IMG/VR virus record: IMGVR_UViG_3300027833_000022
Coordinates: 39,159 to 103,158 of that record
Origin: a virus
Strand: one strand, 5' to 3'
DNA: 64,000 nucleotides
Shown: positions 1-10,612 of the stretch, piece after piece
How the letters are laid out: the number at the start of each line of letters is the position of its first letter
How positions within the stretch are numbered: position 1 is the first letter of the stretch
The notes under the pieces: model-generated
Database searches by the model: none
Told to the model about the DNA's origin: nothing
What the model saw: only the letters and a program-made list of their open reading frames with translations
Program-made: the position numbers and the translations under genes

Positions 1-3000
1 GAATTAATACTTGTTCCAGTTTGAATTACGTCTGATCCAGTTAATGCACATCCGTCTGAACCATTTCCACCTGCTGCTGTGTCAGAACCAGGCAATCCTA
101 CACCAGCGTACTGAATAGAACAATCTAACCAACCACCAGCACCACTAGAATTATCTACTTGGGTTCCCGGAGATGCGATCCACATACCAGATATTCCAGT
201 AGCGGCAATGATTACATCAAAATTGGCAACCACTCTTCTACGGAATGCAAATGTAAAATATTGTGTACCTGTGTCTGCGCTTCTATCTGGTCCCAATGGT
301 AAATATCCCGTGCCATAGTCAACTGTATTATGTGTTATTTTTCCCCAACGCACAGTTGCTTCTTGTGTTCCACTCACGTCTATTGCACCAATAAAAGGTG
401 TCGCTGAGTAATCTGTTGCACTATTTATGGTAGGCGTATCGGTGCTATCTGAAAGAAAGTCAGCAATACGAATCGCACCATCTGTAATGACACCATTTCC
501 TAATCCACTTGCTACTGGAATTGCATATTCCAATATACCAGTGGGAGAAGATGTATGTACTTGAATTTTTTCTACAAGATGTGCATAATTACCTGTACCA
601 TTTACGTTATATGTTCTAACTTTTAATGTTTCAACTGCTGCTATATTTGATGATGTAATATTAATTGTTTGATCAGCATATTGATAATTTAACGTGTTTG
701 CTGCTGGAATATTGTTGGTTAAATAAACAATATCTTCTAAATCTGAATAAGTTTTATATTGAGTACTAATTGTTGCACCATAAGTGCTTTCTGAATTAGT
801 ACCATTTGAAATTTCAAATACATTACTTGTATCTTTGTATGCTTGACCTATCCAATTATTTACTGTCACGCCCGATAATGTTAATTGGGGATTACCAGTG
901 TTATAATAAGGTATTCCTGAAATATATCTGTAACTTCCCGCAACATTTTCTGTTAGTGTAGCATTTGATACGTCATTGCTTGGTACACTTGTATGATCGT
1001 CACATACTACTGTGACATAGTTTGTGTTACCAGTTGTACTATGTTCAATACGCTGATCATTGACACCAGTTGTATATTCAGAAAAAGGTTTAGTTATTTT
1101 TGAATCAAACGTTTGGAAAAATCCAGTAGGATATGTTGATGTACTTATGGTATTATGTGCATCTCTTTGATCACTGATAACTAAACTTGAAAAAGTTCCA
1201 TTTTCATTTAATGCAGTTGTAAAAGTTTTATCACCATCTGCAACACCATTAACTATTGCAGTAACTGTACCTGCTAATCCATTGAATGAATTTGATGCAA
1301 TTGATGTATCTAGTGTGCCATTTGTATATCTCCTCGCAGTCGAAGTTTGTAAACTTGCACCTGCTACTAACGGATTTGTTGCACTATTATCTGTAAATCC
1401 ATGTGCTAATTTAGGACTGTGTCCTTGTGCTGGATCTGCGAGTGTTATTGTCTTACTAGACAATCCAGATGGTGCAGATGGAATTGCATTTACTTGGAAT
1501 GTTAAATTAGCAGAATCTGTCTGAGTAGTTATATCAGGAGTGCCTGATACTGTAAAATCTAATTGATAATTTCCAGCACCAACACCAGTGAAGTCATGAT
1601 TTACACTATCTAAACCTACTTCTGTATCATTACCACTACTATCATTCCAATTATATACATGACTATCACCATGTTCACTTGTATTGCTTACTGTGACTAA
1701 TGCTCTGTTAACACCTGTATAGTCTATACCATCATATACATCATACTGATTATCGCCACTGCGATTTGAAATTGTATCCGCTGAACCTGCAATTGTTGCT
1801 CTGACATCTGGTTCAACATGTATTACAAAGTCTGTACTTGTAAATGGACTGCTAGTATGACTATTGATAACTTGTAAGTTACCAGTAAAATCTTGTGCTG
1901 TATTATTTCCTGCCAATGTATATTTGTGTGTTATTGTTTGTCCAGTATCACCTGATTGATTAGTACCTGCATTTACTGTTGTAATTGTTCCATCACCAAA
2001 ATCCCATCTGTAAGTCGTTCCAAATGTACTGTAATTACCAATAGATGATTCCGTATTGTTTGTAAATATAACTGATAATCCGTTGATAGATTCTTCATTA
2101 ATTCCTGTGACAATATTTGAACTTGTATCTGGAGTATGTGTATCATAAAGCAAATATGAAGAATTATCATCTAGTGGCAAAATTGATTGTTGCGCAGTAG
2201 TATGACTATCTAATGTTAATGTTACAGTGCGCTGTACTTCTGATTCTGTACTAATAGCAAATGTATGCGCCAATCGACTACCATTAACACCACCTGCGGA
2301 AGTTTCATTATTAATGATATCATCTGGGGTTCCATCAGACCAGTTCCATGTATATTGAACTACTGCGCCCATTCCAAGTGTATTTGATGTTGTATTTTCA
2401 AAGTAAACAGTATCACCATCATCCCAATATGTAAGTTGATTTCCACCTACTGCTTGTGAGTATGCGGCAAATGTTACTACAGGATCTGGTGTGAATATTT
2501 CTATATAATTTTCTATTAATTTTGATGCTGAACTACCTTCGCCAACACCACTTTCATTAAATGCAGTTACATTTACATCGAATGGAGAACCTATCCAATT
2601 ATCATATACATGAGACGGAGTTGAATCAGTAGTAGCAGTTGTAGTAACTCCATCGCCCCAATTAATTGTATATCGATTTGCATTTCCGACAACTGTGGTA
2701 GAAAGAGTTGCAGTTAATCCAGCACCGCCAGAAACATTATTGGATGAAAAATCAACTGATTTAACATAGGTATTTACTCTTATATTTTCAATAACTTCAG
2801 CAAGATTAGAAGTCTGTGAATCACCATAAGTTTCGATATTTTCAATTGAAGTTTCTAGGAATACTTTAGTAACTGCGTCTTGGTTATCAACAGGATCAAG
2901 AAGATCAGTAATACGATTATTAGATACATTAATGTTATTCTCAATGCCGACCGTGTCTAACGTTAGGTCGTTCTCAGATGACGTTATTTTATTCTGAGTA

Positions 3001-3020
3001 TGATTGGTATTTACTGCCAT
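1..3020 (-). CDS. Large PKD/Ig-like repeat virion structural protein (>1000 aa, truncated at left window edge)
   Basis: Not in the ORF track, consistent with no stop inside the window. Manual translation from ATG at 3020 gives MAVNTNHTQNKITSSENDLTLD...; PKD-type motifs YTINWGDG, YTWNWSDG, YRWDFGDG, VYNWNDS. Confidence 0.8.
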   Translation of the reverse strand, partial: MAVNTNHTQNKITSSENDLTLDTVGIENNINVSNNRITDLLDPVDNQDAVTKVFLETSIENIETYGDSQTSNLAEVIENIRVNTYVKSVDFSSNNVSGGAGLTATLSTTVVGNANRYTINWGDGVTTTATTDSTPSHVYDNWIGSPFDVNVTAFNESGVGEGSSASKLIENYIEIFTPDPVVTFAAYSQAVGGNQLTYWDDGDTVYFENTTSNTLGMGAVVQYTWNWSDGTPDDIINNETSAGGVNGSRLAHTFAISTESEVQRTVTLTLDSHTTAQQSILPLDDNSSYLLYDTHTPDTSSNIVTGINEESINGLSVIFTNNTESSIGNYSTFGTTYRWDFGDGTITTVNAGTNQSGDTGQTITHKYTLAGNNTAQDFTGNLQVINSHTSSPFTSTDFVIHVEPDVRATIAGSADTISNRSGDNQYDVYDGIDYTGVNRALVTVSNTSEHGDSHVYNWNDSSGNDTEVGLDSVNHDFTGVGAGNYQLDFTVSGTPDITTQTDSANLTFQVNAIPSAPSGLSSKTITLADPAQGHSPKLAHGFTDNSATNPLVAGASLQTSTARRYTNGTLDTSIASNSFNGLAGTVTAIVNGVADGDKTFTTALNENGTFSSLVISDQRDAHNTISTSTYPTGFFQTFDSKITKPFSEYTTGVNDQRIEHSTTGNTNYVTVVCDDHTSVPSNDVSNATLTENVAGSYRYISGIPYYNTGNPQLTLSGVTVNNWIGQAYKDTSNVFEISNGTNSESTYGATISTQYKTYSDLEDIVYLTNNIPAANTLNYQYADQTINITSSNIAAVETLKVRTYNVNGTGNYAHLVEKIQVHTSSPTGILEYAIPVASGLGNGVITDGAIRIADFLSDSTDTPTINSATDYSATPFIGAIDVSGTQEATVRWGKITHNTVDYGTGYLPLGPDRSADTGTQYFTFAFRRRVVANFDVIIAATGISGMWIASPGTQVDNSSGAGGWLDCSIQYAGVGLPGSDTAAGGNGSDGCALTGSDVIQTGTSIN

Positions 3021-3099
3021 TTATGTACCCCTATTACATTGTTTCTATTAATCGTTGTATTATTGCTTTGTCTTATTCGACTATATTCTATGTTACTAT

Positions 3100-3636
3100 T
3101 TATACTGTTATAATTGCTCCATTTACAGAGGTCACAGCCCAACCCGCAATTGTATAAACTATGGTAACAGATTCACCTATATTTGTCAAGTTAAATGATG
3201 TATATCCCAATGAGGTAGTTGGGGTTATAACTACAGTCCCAGTTGGTGTTCCTGTAACTGCAATTACCTTTATCTGTCCTTCTGTACCATTGCCCAATGC
3301 TAATGCTAAACTTGTTGTTGCATTAAGATATGATACACTTGAATTGGCATTAATTGTGGTTGTCGCCACGGTAGGACTCACATCGATAATAACACCTGAT
3401 CCTGTATTGCCCAATGTGACTATATCACCATTTGCAACAATACTTCCGTCTACATATAAATGCCCACCAATATATCCACCACCAGTTACATTTAGTGCTG
3501 CATCTCCAAGAGTCGGAGTTGCTAAATTCACGTTTGAAATATTGGTGATATTGAGTTTTGAACTGATTCCACTAATGGTATCTATCGTACCTAATATATG
3601 TAGTGAACCACTATCTGGGTTTATTACTGATGACAT
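3100..3636 (-). CDS. Putative virion structural/fibre-associated protein
   Basis: Gly/Thr/Val-rich beta-type sequence (GDAALNVTGGGYIGGHLYVDG); GGAG SD and ATAAATA late-type boxes upstream. Confidence 0.6.
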   Translation of the reverse strand: MSSVINPDSGSLHILGTIDTISGISSKLNITNISNVNLATPTLGDAALNVTGGGYIGGHLYVDGSIVANGDIVTLGNTGSGVIIDVSPTVATTTINANSSVSYLNATTSLALALGNGTEGQIKVIAVTGTPTGTVVITPTTSLGYTSFNLTNIGESVTIVYTIAGWAVTSVNGAIITV

Positions 3637-3668
3637 TATATTCTCCGTTTATGCACTATGTACATACT

Positions 3669-3691
3669 TATTTATGCTTTTAAGTATTTAT
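3669..3691 (-). promoter_or_regulatory. Two putative late-promoter boxes (ATAAATA)
   Basis: TATTTAT at 3669-3675 and 3685-3691 on +; resembles the T4 late TATAAATA box; a gp55-like sigma is encoded in the window. Confidence 0.5.
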
Positions 3692-3701
3692 CAAATTTCA
3701 C

Positions 3702-3730
3702 TTGACAAGTGATATACTTTACTGTAAAAT
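3702..3730 (+). promoter_or_regulatory. Sigma70-type promoter
   Basis: TTGACA(3702)-17 bp-TAAAAT(3725) upstream of ORF 3761. Confidence 0.7.
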
Positions 3731-3760
3731 AGGTAAGTAAGTTAATTATTGAGATAATAT

Positions 3761-4432
3761 ATGAATATCAAACCAGATACTAATTTCAGTGCTGCTATAG
3801 AAGAAATCATAGATCGCTCAAATATCGAGTATTTAATTTTTCTTGAAAATAATGATGATGTCGATGATATAGAAGAATTATCAGATATATTAAATTCCAA
3901 TAACATAGAAGAGTTATCTATTGAATTTATTGTAAATGACAAGCCTCGTGCGGACAAAGATGAATGGATTTCTGCAATGGCAGATTGGTCAATTCTAGAT
4001 GGTAAAACAATAACTGTAATCTTGCATTCAAAAAATCTTGAGAATGTATGGGGACCTGATTCATTCAAAGAAATCGTAATGAAGATGCTTGCACATGAAA
4101 CTATTCACTTCAATCAATATGATAAAATTAGTCCTCTCGTAATAGAAACTCTACGATCTGGACATCAAAAAGGATTGATACTTAAAGAGAATGGGGGCAG
4201 TGATAGAGATTGGATGCGTAGTTACTTGCGTGACCCGCATGAAATAATGGCGTATGGTCACGATCTATCTGTTGAGATTAAAGAATCTAGTAACCCATCG
4301 ATTGCTTTGCGTAATCCAGAAATGTTTATTGATGAATTACCAGTTTATGCCCGCTATCGTGCTATATTCCCTAAGGGAGCAAATCAAATAAAACAGTTAC
4401 TTAAATATACAGCGAGTTACTATGCAAATTAA
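3761..4432 (+). CDS. Putative zincin-like metallopeptidase (HExxH)
   Basis: LAHETIHFNQY motif with a downstream E in YLRDPHEIMAY. Confidence 0.55.
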   Translation: MNIKPDTNFSAAIEEIIDRSNIEYLIFLENNDDVDDIEELSDILNSNNIEELSIEFIVNDKPRADKDEWISAMADWSILDGKTITVILHSKNLENVWGPDSFKEIVMKMLAHETIHFNQYDKISPLVIETLRSGHQKGLILKENGGSDRDWMRSYLRDPHEIMAYGHDLSVEIKESSNPSIALRNPEMFIDELPVYARYRAIFPKGANQIKQLLKYTASYYAN

Positions 4433-4730
4433 AAGGTTAGATAGACGATCTAAATTATTTCATTTTGGATTTAATTATAAAATAGAAAATGATATATTTA
4501 ACTCTAATGAAATGATACCAACATCACTAAAGAAGTTAGTAGGCAACGATAACAAAAAATATATATTTTTTGATTCTAGTGAAAGTTTAAAAAGTATGCG
4601 AAATTCTACATTTACTATGAAGCGACTATACAATGGTGATGTAGCATATCATTATGACTGTAACATCAAATGTGAAGTATATTATATTAAACATGAATCT
4701 ACATTAGCATTACTAAAACTTAGTTTATAA
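4422..4730 (+). CDS. Hypothetical protein
   Basis: 102-aa ORF overlapping the previous stop and followed by a terminator. Confidence 0.55.
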   Translation: MQIKRLDRRSKLFHFGFNYKIENDIFNSNEMIPTSLKKLVGNDNKKYIFFDSSESLKSMRNSTFTMKRLYNGDVAYHYDCNIKCEVYYIKHESTLALLKLSL

Positions 4731-4732
4731 AC

Positions 4733-4761
4733 AAAAAAAACAGCCCGTAGGCTGTTTTTTT
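4733..4761. terminator. Bidirectional rho-independent terminator
   Basis: AAAAAAAACAGCC-CGTA-GGCTGTTTTTTT between convergent genes (ORF 4422 and major capsid). Confidence 0.85.
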
Positions 4762-4783
4762 ATTTCTAATTTAAAATTAGGGT

Positions 4784-5947
4784 TTACTGGAAAGACAATG
4801 CCGTTGCATCAACGCCAATCTTAGCCAAGTAGTCTGCTGCATTACCAAGAGATGAAGCCTGGTTATTCAACTCAACATAACCATAACGAGTCATGAATGA
4901 CACAGTAGGTTCGAATGTTGATGGATCTAGTACAGTACCAGAAGACATTAGTGGAATATATGGGCAGTAGAATGCTGCTGCGTCCATTTCGCCGTCACCC
5001 TTATATCCTACTAGGATTGGAGTAGCGTCAGAAGCGTACTGATCAACAAATACTTTCATAGTGTTGTTCAACATACCAACAAACTTAGTGTTAGTAGGTG
5101 CTTCAAAAGGACCTTCAGTTGTACGTGCAAACGCAGAAGTAGTAGCAGATTGTAATACAGTCAACATAGTTGGTGAAACTACAACGTAGTTACCAGCGCC
5201 ACGACGAGTACGTGCTGCGATCAAGTTTGCTGCGCGATTAATCAAAACTGCTAGTGCTGCGTGCTGATCACCTACGAAAGTTGCTACGCCAGAAACGTTG
5301 CCTTGATCGTATGTATCGGTTGCAGTACCAGAAAGAGCGCGTAAAGAAGTAAGAACTTCTTGGTCGATCTCTGCTGTGATTTCTTGTGCAAGTGCTTGCA
5401 TGATTTCAGCTTCAACGTCAAGACCGTGCATTGAGTTAGCATCTTGTGCTGCTTCAAAAGTCCAACGTGCTGACAACTTACGTGTCTTCGCTTCAACAGT
5501 CTGCTTCAATACTTGGATTGAAAGCTTACGACCCGCTGATGCTTCAAGAGCTGAAGTTGCTGCTGGTCCACCAGTAGCATCATCACCAGAATAGCCTTTA
5601 GCGATAGCGAATGGAGACAATGCTTCGTCGCCTGCTGTTACGCCAGTTGCTGCTTCAGAATAACGCACACGCAATGTGTGAATTTGTCCAACAGGACCAG
5701 TCATTGGCTGAACACCAACCAATTCGTTAGCGATTACGGTAGGCATTACACGACGGATGACAGGTAAAATTACCTTGTTCATAGTAGCGATGTTGCCAGC
5801 CATTGTAGAACCAGTTGCTGCTGATTCTGTTAAATAGTTCTTAGTGTTTTCAAGCACAGATTCCATTACAGATTTCTTGTTGCCTGTTAAACCGTCAGTT
5901 AGAGCGTCTTTAGTTACGTTCCAGTTTTCAAATAAATTTTGTGACAT
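4784..5947 (-). CDS. gp23: Major capsid protein
   Basis: T4 gp23-family motifs VGVQPMTGPVGQI, KTRKLSARWTFEAAQD, EITAEIDQE, AFYCPYIPL, FMTRYG. Confidence 0.95.
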   Translation of the reverse strand: MSQNLFENWNVTKDALTDGLTGNKKSVMESVLENTKNYLTESAATGSTMAGNIATMNKVILPVIRRVMPTVIANELVGVQPMTGPVGQIHTLRVRYSEAATGVTAGDEALSPFAIAKGYSGDDATGGPAATSALEASAGRKLSIQVLKQTVEAKTRKLSARWTFEAAQDANSMHGLDVEAEIMQALAQEITAEIDQEVLTSLRALSGTATDTYDQGNVSGVATFVGDQHAALAVLINRAANLIAARTRRGAGNYVVVSPTMLTVLQSATTSAFARTTEGPFEAPTNTKFVGMLNNTMKVFVDQYASDATPILVGYKGDGEMDAAAFYCPYIPLMSSGTVLDPSTFEPTVSFMTRYGYVELNNQASSLGNAADYLAKIGVDATALSFQ

Positions 5948-5964
5948 TTTAGGTATACTCCTTT

Positions 5965-7074
5965 TTAGCTTATACCAGCTAATTTTTTAAGGTTAATGAT
6001 ATCTGCATTACTTTCAGTACTTTGATCGTGTGTGCTAGTTTTATCACCTGTGATCTCGCTAGTGCGGGACTCGTTAAGTTTTTGCGTAGTGCGTTTTTCA
6101 GTAGATGTAACAGTTTCATTCAAAACTGTGCCAATATACTTGTCATATGCTACAGTAAGTTTGCTAGTAGCAACGCTTTCAAGTAGATTTGACATTAACT
6201 CACGCTTGTCCTTCGACAAGGGCTTTAATAGATCAGCCATTACGTTATTACGTTCAGCGCGTTCATTAACTCGCTTTAGCTTTTTGTTTGCTGATTCAAT
6301 TAATGTTTCTTTTTCAGAAATAGTAGATTCTGATTCTGCTAAAGCAGTTTTCATATCTAATAGTTCAAGGCTTAATTTAGAAACCTGTGTGCCTTCTGCT
6401 AAATGTGAACTCATAAATTCAGTTGCAAAAGTTTCAAAAATCTTGCGTCCAAACATGTTTTCTTTAGCTAGCATGATATCTTCTTTAAGTGTGCTTAACT
6501 CGTCAGTCACTGTTGATTCAACAATGTTCGCTAATTTTGCACTTGCTTTAGAGATGAATTCACGCTTCGTCTCGGCAATCATTTTCTTGCCTTCTTGTAC
6601 CAATTTAACTTTCTCTGTTAACAGATCCTGTTTATCTTGGTGGAAATCGTTAAGTTCAGTAGTTAGTTGCTCCATTACAAAGTCTTCTAACTTTTCAAAG
6701 TTTCCTTCTTGTAGTTTGCGATCATCGCGCAATTCTGTAATTTCTTTCTTTAAAGTTTCCATTACAAAAGTGTCCAGCATCTTAGCATGTTCCGCAACTT
6801 GACTTGTGTAAGTCACCTTTGCGTCTACTGCTGCTTTTTTGTCTGCTGCGAATTCACGTAATTCCGTTGTAATTGTATCTGACATCATTGCGTCTAAGGC
6901 TTCCACCATTTGCTGCTTGTCAGTTTCATAACGATTTGCGAACTCTTCACGAAGTTCATTAGTCAATTCTTCACGTGCTTCAGTTAACTTAGTTTCCCAA
7001 GCTTCTGATAGTGTAGAACGAACTTCTTCTGAAAGAACTTCTGAACTTAGGAGTTGTTCAATTGCATTTGCCAT
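5965..7074 (-). CDS. gp22: Prohead core scaffolding protein
   Basis: Glu-rich coiled coil between protease and capsid genes; FGRKIFETF motif. Confidence 0.8.
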   Translation of the reverse strand: MANAIEQLLSSEVLSEEVRSTLSEAWETKLTEAREELTNELREEFANRYETDKQQMVEALDAMMSDTITTELREFAADKKAAVDAKVTYTSQVAEHAKMLDTFVMETLKKEITELRDDRKLQEGNFEKLEDFVMEQLTTELNDFHQDKQDLLTEKVKLVQEGKKMIAETKREFISKASAKLANIVESTVTDELSTLKEDIMLAKENMFGRKIFETFATEFMSSHLAEGTQVSKLSLELLDMKTALAESESTISEKETLIESANKKLKRVNERAERNNVMADLLKPLSKDKRELMSNLLESVATSKLTVAYDKYIGTVLNETVTSTEKRTTQKLNESRTSEITGDKTSTHDQSTESNADIINLKKLAGIS

Positions 7075-7715
7075 TATTTTCTCCTAATATCTAGGTTATT
7101 GATCATATTAAGTACCTCTTCCTGGAGATACTTTTCGGCTTTTGTATCGTGATTTATAGCTTTCGCAACGTCCATAATAATGTCGCTACGTCTACCATTC
7201 ATGATAGCCTCGTAGAGTGGGTCTGGATATGCATCTGGAGCACTTGGATTTGCAACAATATCAACTGTTACAATTTCAAATTCCGACACATTACCATCTG
7301 CACCTACGTTACCACTACCGCGACTCGACACGCCTAATTTTACGCCATTGTCCAACAAAGTTTTACATATGTTGCCCATTGGTGTTGGTAATAGTTTTAG
7401 CTTGCCATAACCATCATTACCGTTCATCCACATTTTTTCAATTATGTGTGATACTCGGTCCAGATTCACTTGTAGATCATCTGGGTGGTCTGCTTCGCCC
7501 AACACTGAATAACCACCTTGGATTTTTTCTTGAACCGAATTAACTGCTTTTCGAATTTCCGAAGATGGATATACGCGCTGATTTTGATTGCGTGCATCAC
7601 CTTGAACAAATATACCTTCCATGTACAAATCTTTTCCACCTTTGCCGTTATCCACAGCTTCAGTAACAATGTTTGCTTGATCGAAAGTTAAATGTTCATT
7701 TAGTGTGTTGCGCAT
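7074..7715 (-). CDS. gp21: Prohead maturation protease
   Basis: NQNQRVYP, LGEADHP, VSH, GVSSRGSG, DIVANPSAPDA motifs. Confidence 0.95.
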   Translation of the reverse strand: MRNTLNEHLTFDQANIVTEAVDNGKGGKDLYMEGIFVQGDARNQNQRVYPSSEIRKAVNSVQEKIQGGYSVLGEADHPDDLQVNLDRVSHIIEKMWMNGNDGYGKLKLLPTPMGNICKTLLDNGVKLGVSSRGSGNVGADGNVSEFEIVTVDIVANPSAPDAYPDPLYEAIMNGRRSDIIMDVAKAINHDTKAEKYLQEEVLNMINNLDIRRK

Positions 7716-7717
7716 TT

Positions 7718-8524
7718 TTATTGTTTCATACCGCGCTTCTCAGCACCATGACCGCGAGTTTCTGGCTTCAATGAAGCGCCTTCGCCAGGATGTGTTACAC
7801 CCATGTCTTTTGCTGATTCGTCCGATAAGCCTTTCTTAGAGCCTTCAGATCCTTTTTCGCCAGTTGGAATTACTTTTCCACCCATGTCATTTTTGCCTGC
7901 AACTGGTGATGCTTTACCATCATCTCCTGCTGGCATTTCTGAAGGATGCATTCCATCTTTACCAATCTTTGTAAGATCAGCGGCTTCTTCTAATTCTTCA
8001 TATTGCTCTTCAAATTCTTCTTCTGGCTCAATGTCAGATGCGAAATCATCGGCTGGAAGTTCATCAGATAACTCTTCTTTTTCATCGTCCATCTCATCGC
8101 CCATCAACTGTGCGAATTCTGCTTTAAGATCAGCAAGTGCATCTTCAACGCTTAACATTGCGTCTTCGATTGCTGCTTCAGATTCTGGCTCCATATCCAT
8201 GTCGCCTTCAGCGTCCATGTCCATTTCATCATCAGATGCTAATTCAAATTCTGCTTCTGATTCTCCATCTTCGTCTTCCATTGCATACTCTTCTTCTGCT
8301 GCAATTTCTTCTTCGAATGCATCAACATCTTCGTCAAAATAAGATTCTTCAATCTCTTCTTCTTCTGAAATGTCATCTTCGACAATTTCATCCTGCTCCA
8401 CAAGACCTGACCATATCTCGCGAGCTTTGTCTACAAAAGCTTCATGTAATAAATCAGATGCTTTATCACCTTCTCCATTTACTAGGCTCTCAATGATCTT
8501 TGAATAACGATCTTGTACGCTCAT
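7718..8524 (-). CDS. Highly acidic prohead core protein (gp67/gp68 position)
   Basis: Very D/E-rich 268 aa directly upstream of gp21 in the head operon. Confidence 0.6.
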   Translation of the reverse strand: MSVQDRYSKIIESLVNGEGDKASDLLHEAFVDKAREIWSGLVEQDEIVEDDISEEEEIEESYFDEDVDAFEEEIAAEEEYAMEDEDGESEAEFELASDDEMDMDAEGDMDMEPESEAAIEDAMLSVEDALADLKAEFAQLMGDEMDDEKEELSDELPADDFASDIEPEEEFEEQYEELEEAADLTKIGKDGMHPSEMPAGDDGKASPVAGKNDMGGKVIPTGEKGSEGSKKGLSDESAKDMGVTHPGEGASLKPETRGHGAEKRGMKQ

Positions 8525-8730
8525 TTTATATTCTCCGTTTAATAAAATTTTATAAATCTATTTATTTAACTAATTCCACAGGCTACTAGGGAATTAATTT
8601 ATTACAGTAGTATTTAATACTTTTTGTCTATAACTAGCCAAATACACGTTTAAAATCGCGATTTTACAAATTTTTTACAAAAAAACAATTAATTACAGTA
8701 TAATCTATTACTTTTATTTAGCAACATGTT

Positions 8731-8922
8731 TTACTCTGACGGCTTACCATACATTGCTGTATTAACCGATTGCTCATTTTCGTATTCTGCTTTAGCCAAT
8801 TCACGCTTATTACGAATTTTATTTAAATGCTTCAAAGTCAAACGTGGTCTACGAGTATCATCAATATCCCACTTGTCTTCATCATTTCGTTCATCAATCG
8901 CTAATTCATTAAATCTCATCAC
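8731..8922 (-). CDS. Small head-module protein
   Basis: 63 aa overlapping the portal stop; DTRRPRLTLKHLNKIR. Confidence 0.6.
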   Translation of the reverse strand: MMRFNELAIDERNDEDKWDIDDTRRPRLTLKHLNKIRNKRELAKAEYENEQSVNTAMYGKPSE

Positions 8923-10564
8923 CTATCTCTCCTGTGTCTGTATCTGTGTCTGTGTCTGATGTTACATCATCGAAATCACCGTCATCAAAATCACCATCGC
9001 TAAATTCAGTTGCTTCAAATCCATCAATATCACCAGCACGCAATCCTATAGAACCTAGATCACTACTTGGATCATTTTTTGAACTACCTTCGTTATTTTC
9101 TTTGCGCCATAAGATTTCGTTTTCTGTAATCTCTGATTCACTAAGACCAAGATATTTCTTCAAAAGGAACTGTCTGCTCAAATAATCAACGCCTTCTAGA
9201 TTACCAAATACTGCTGCTCTTGACGAATCTAACTCAATCTCTCTATACTTACTGAAACTCTGTGGCTCTATAAATTTTAAATCAAATAAACTACTTGTAA
9301 CATCTATTCCACGAAACTTCAAAAACATCTTAAATTCATTATCTAATGCTGGTTGTAGAACTAACTGAATACGCTCACAGTACTTACTAAAACGATATTC
9401 TTGTATTAATGCAGTACCTAGACGACCATCGCTGTATTGCGCTGTACCATCTTCTGCGCCAGTTGGCATATATGAACTTGGTATACGCAGTCCTCTCAAT
9501 AACTTATTATTGAAATATTTTAGATCATCTATCTCACCTAAATTATCACCGCCTGGCAACACTTCTACCTTAGAACCACGCCCTTCTGCTGTTTGAGCAA
9601 AGAAATAATCTTCCATGATAGATAATGGATTGTATGCAGCATCAACTACACTGCTACCGCCACCAGTTTTATTAGGAATCCTAGTCTGGTGAACTTCATT
9701 TTTAACTCGCTCAACAAATCCCATTGCCTTATGTGCTGGCATATTGCCAACATCGATATAGAACACTCTACGTTCTGGTGCACGCTGTACACGATAAATG
9801 ATAATTGAATCTTCTAGTAATTCTTTTTGCTTATAAACTTTAAATACAGATTCAAGTATACTCTGACCAAAGGGCCAACTTGCAGTCATACCATCCGACA
9901 TTGATATATGAATTACGTGAGAACCATCAACTGCGAATTCTTCATTAGGATTTCCAGCCATTTGATTGCTAGATAATCCAGAATTACTAGTTGCATTGGT
10001 AAATCCAGGTGCACTATGCATATCCATATTTTGTGTATTTCTTGTATCAGTTAATACCATATCATGTAAATTTAAATTGATATTACGCATTATGTACTGG
10101 TCAATTTCTTTACCAGTTGATTCATTTACAACAGCCTTTGTAACATCTTCTGGTGCAACCCAGTATAATTTAAAAGTTTCAGGATCTCGTACAAAAAAAT
10201 GATCTCCATATTTAATTGATGCACGTACAATATTAAATGCTCTGCGCTCAAAATCATTGATATTACACCATTGCTTCAATGCGGTAGATAACGCAGTCAC
10301 TTCTGCATCAGTTGCATCTGATTTATAAAATATTTCAAATGGTAAGCGAGTTTCCGCGCTTGTCTGAGTACTAAATTCTGCGATAGTATCCAATGCACCA
10401 TTAATTTCAGAATCTTGATCCATCTGATCATATTGCGTATAGCGTTCTGTACGATTAGGCATACCAGAATATACTTCTGGTAGCCAACTCTGCCATCTCG
10501 ACTGTTTGGTCTGTTGACCAGTTTGATTCATGTCGTGCTTCTGAAAATGCTTCTTCCAACTCAT
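8909..10564 (-). CDS. gp20: Portal vertex protein
   Basis: LLEDSIIIYRVQRAPERRVFYIDVGNMP, EDYFF, LPGGDNLGEIDDLKYF motifs. Confidence 0.95.
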   Translation of the reverse strand: MSWKKHFQKHDMNQTGQQTKQSRWQSWLPEVYSGMPNRTERYTQYDQMDQDSEINGALDTIAEFSTQTSAETRLPFEIFYKSDATDAEVTALSTALKQWCNINDFERRAFNIVRASIKYGDHFFVRDPETFKLYWVAPEDVTKAVVNESTGKEIDQYIMRNINLNLHDMVLTDTRNTQNMDMHSAPGFTNATSNSGLSSNQMAGNPNEEFAVDGSHVIHISMSDGMTASWPFGQSILESVFKVYKQKELLEDSIIIYRVQRAPERRVFYIDVGNMPAHKAMGFVERVKNEVHQTRIPNKTGGGSSVVDAAYNPLSIMEDYFFAQTAEGRGSKVEVLPGGDNLGEIDDLKYFNNKLLRGLRIPSSYMPTGAEDGTAQYSDGRLGTALIQEYRFSKYCERIQLVLQPALDNEFKMFLKFRGIDVTSSLFDLKFIEPQSFSKYREIELDSSRAAVFGNLEGVDYLSRQFLLKKYLGLSESEITENEILWRKENNEGSSKNDPSSDLGSIGLRAGDIDGFEATEFSDGDFDDGDFDDVTSDTDTDTDTGEIGDEI

Positions 10565-10595
10565 AGTAATTTACCTTTTAATTTCATTATGATAG

Positions 10596-10602
10596 TATTT
10601 AT
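10596..10602 (-). promoter_or_regulatory. Putative late promoter for the portal/head operon
   Basis: GCATAAATAC on the minus strand ~30 nt upstream of the portal ATG. Confidence 0.5.
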
Positions 10603-10612
10603 GCTTTTAATA

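Noticed and set aside
8930-9000. Short GTGTCT / D-G-D-F repeats
   Set aside because: They encode the low-complexity acidic C-tail of the portal protein.
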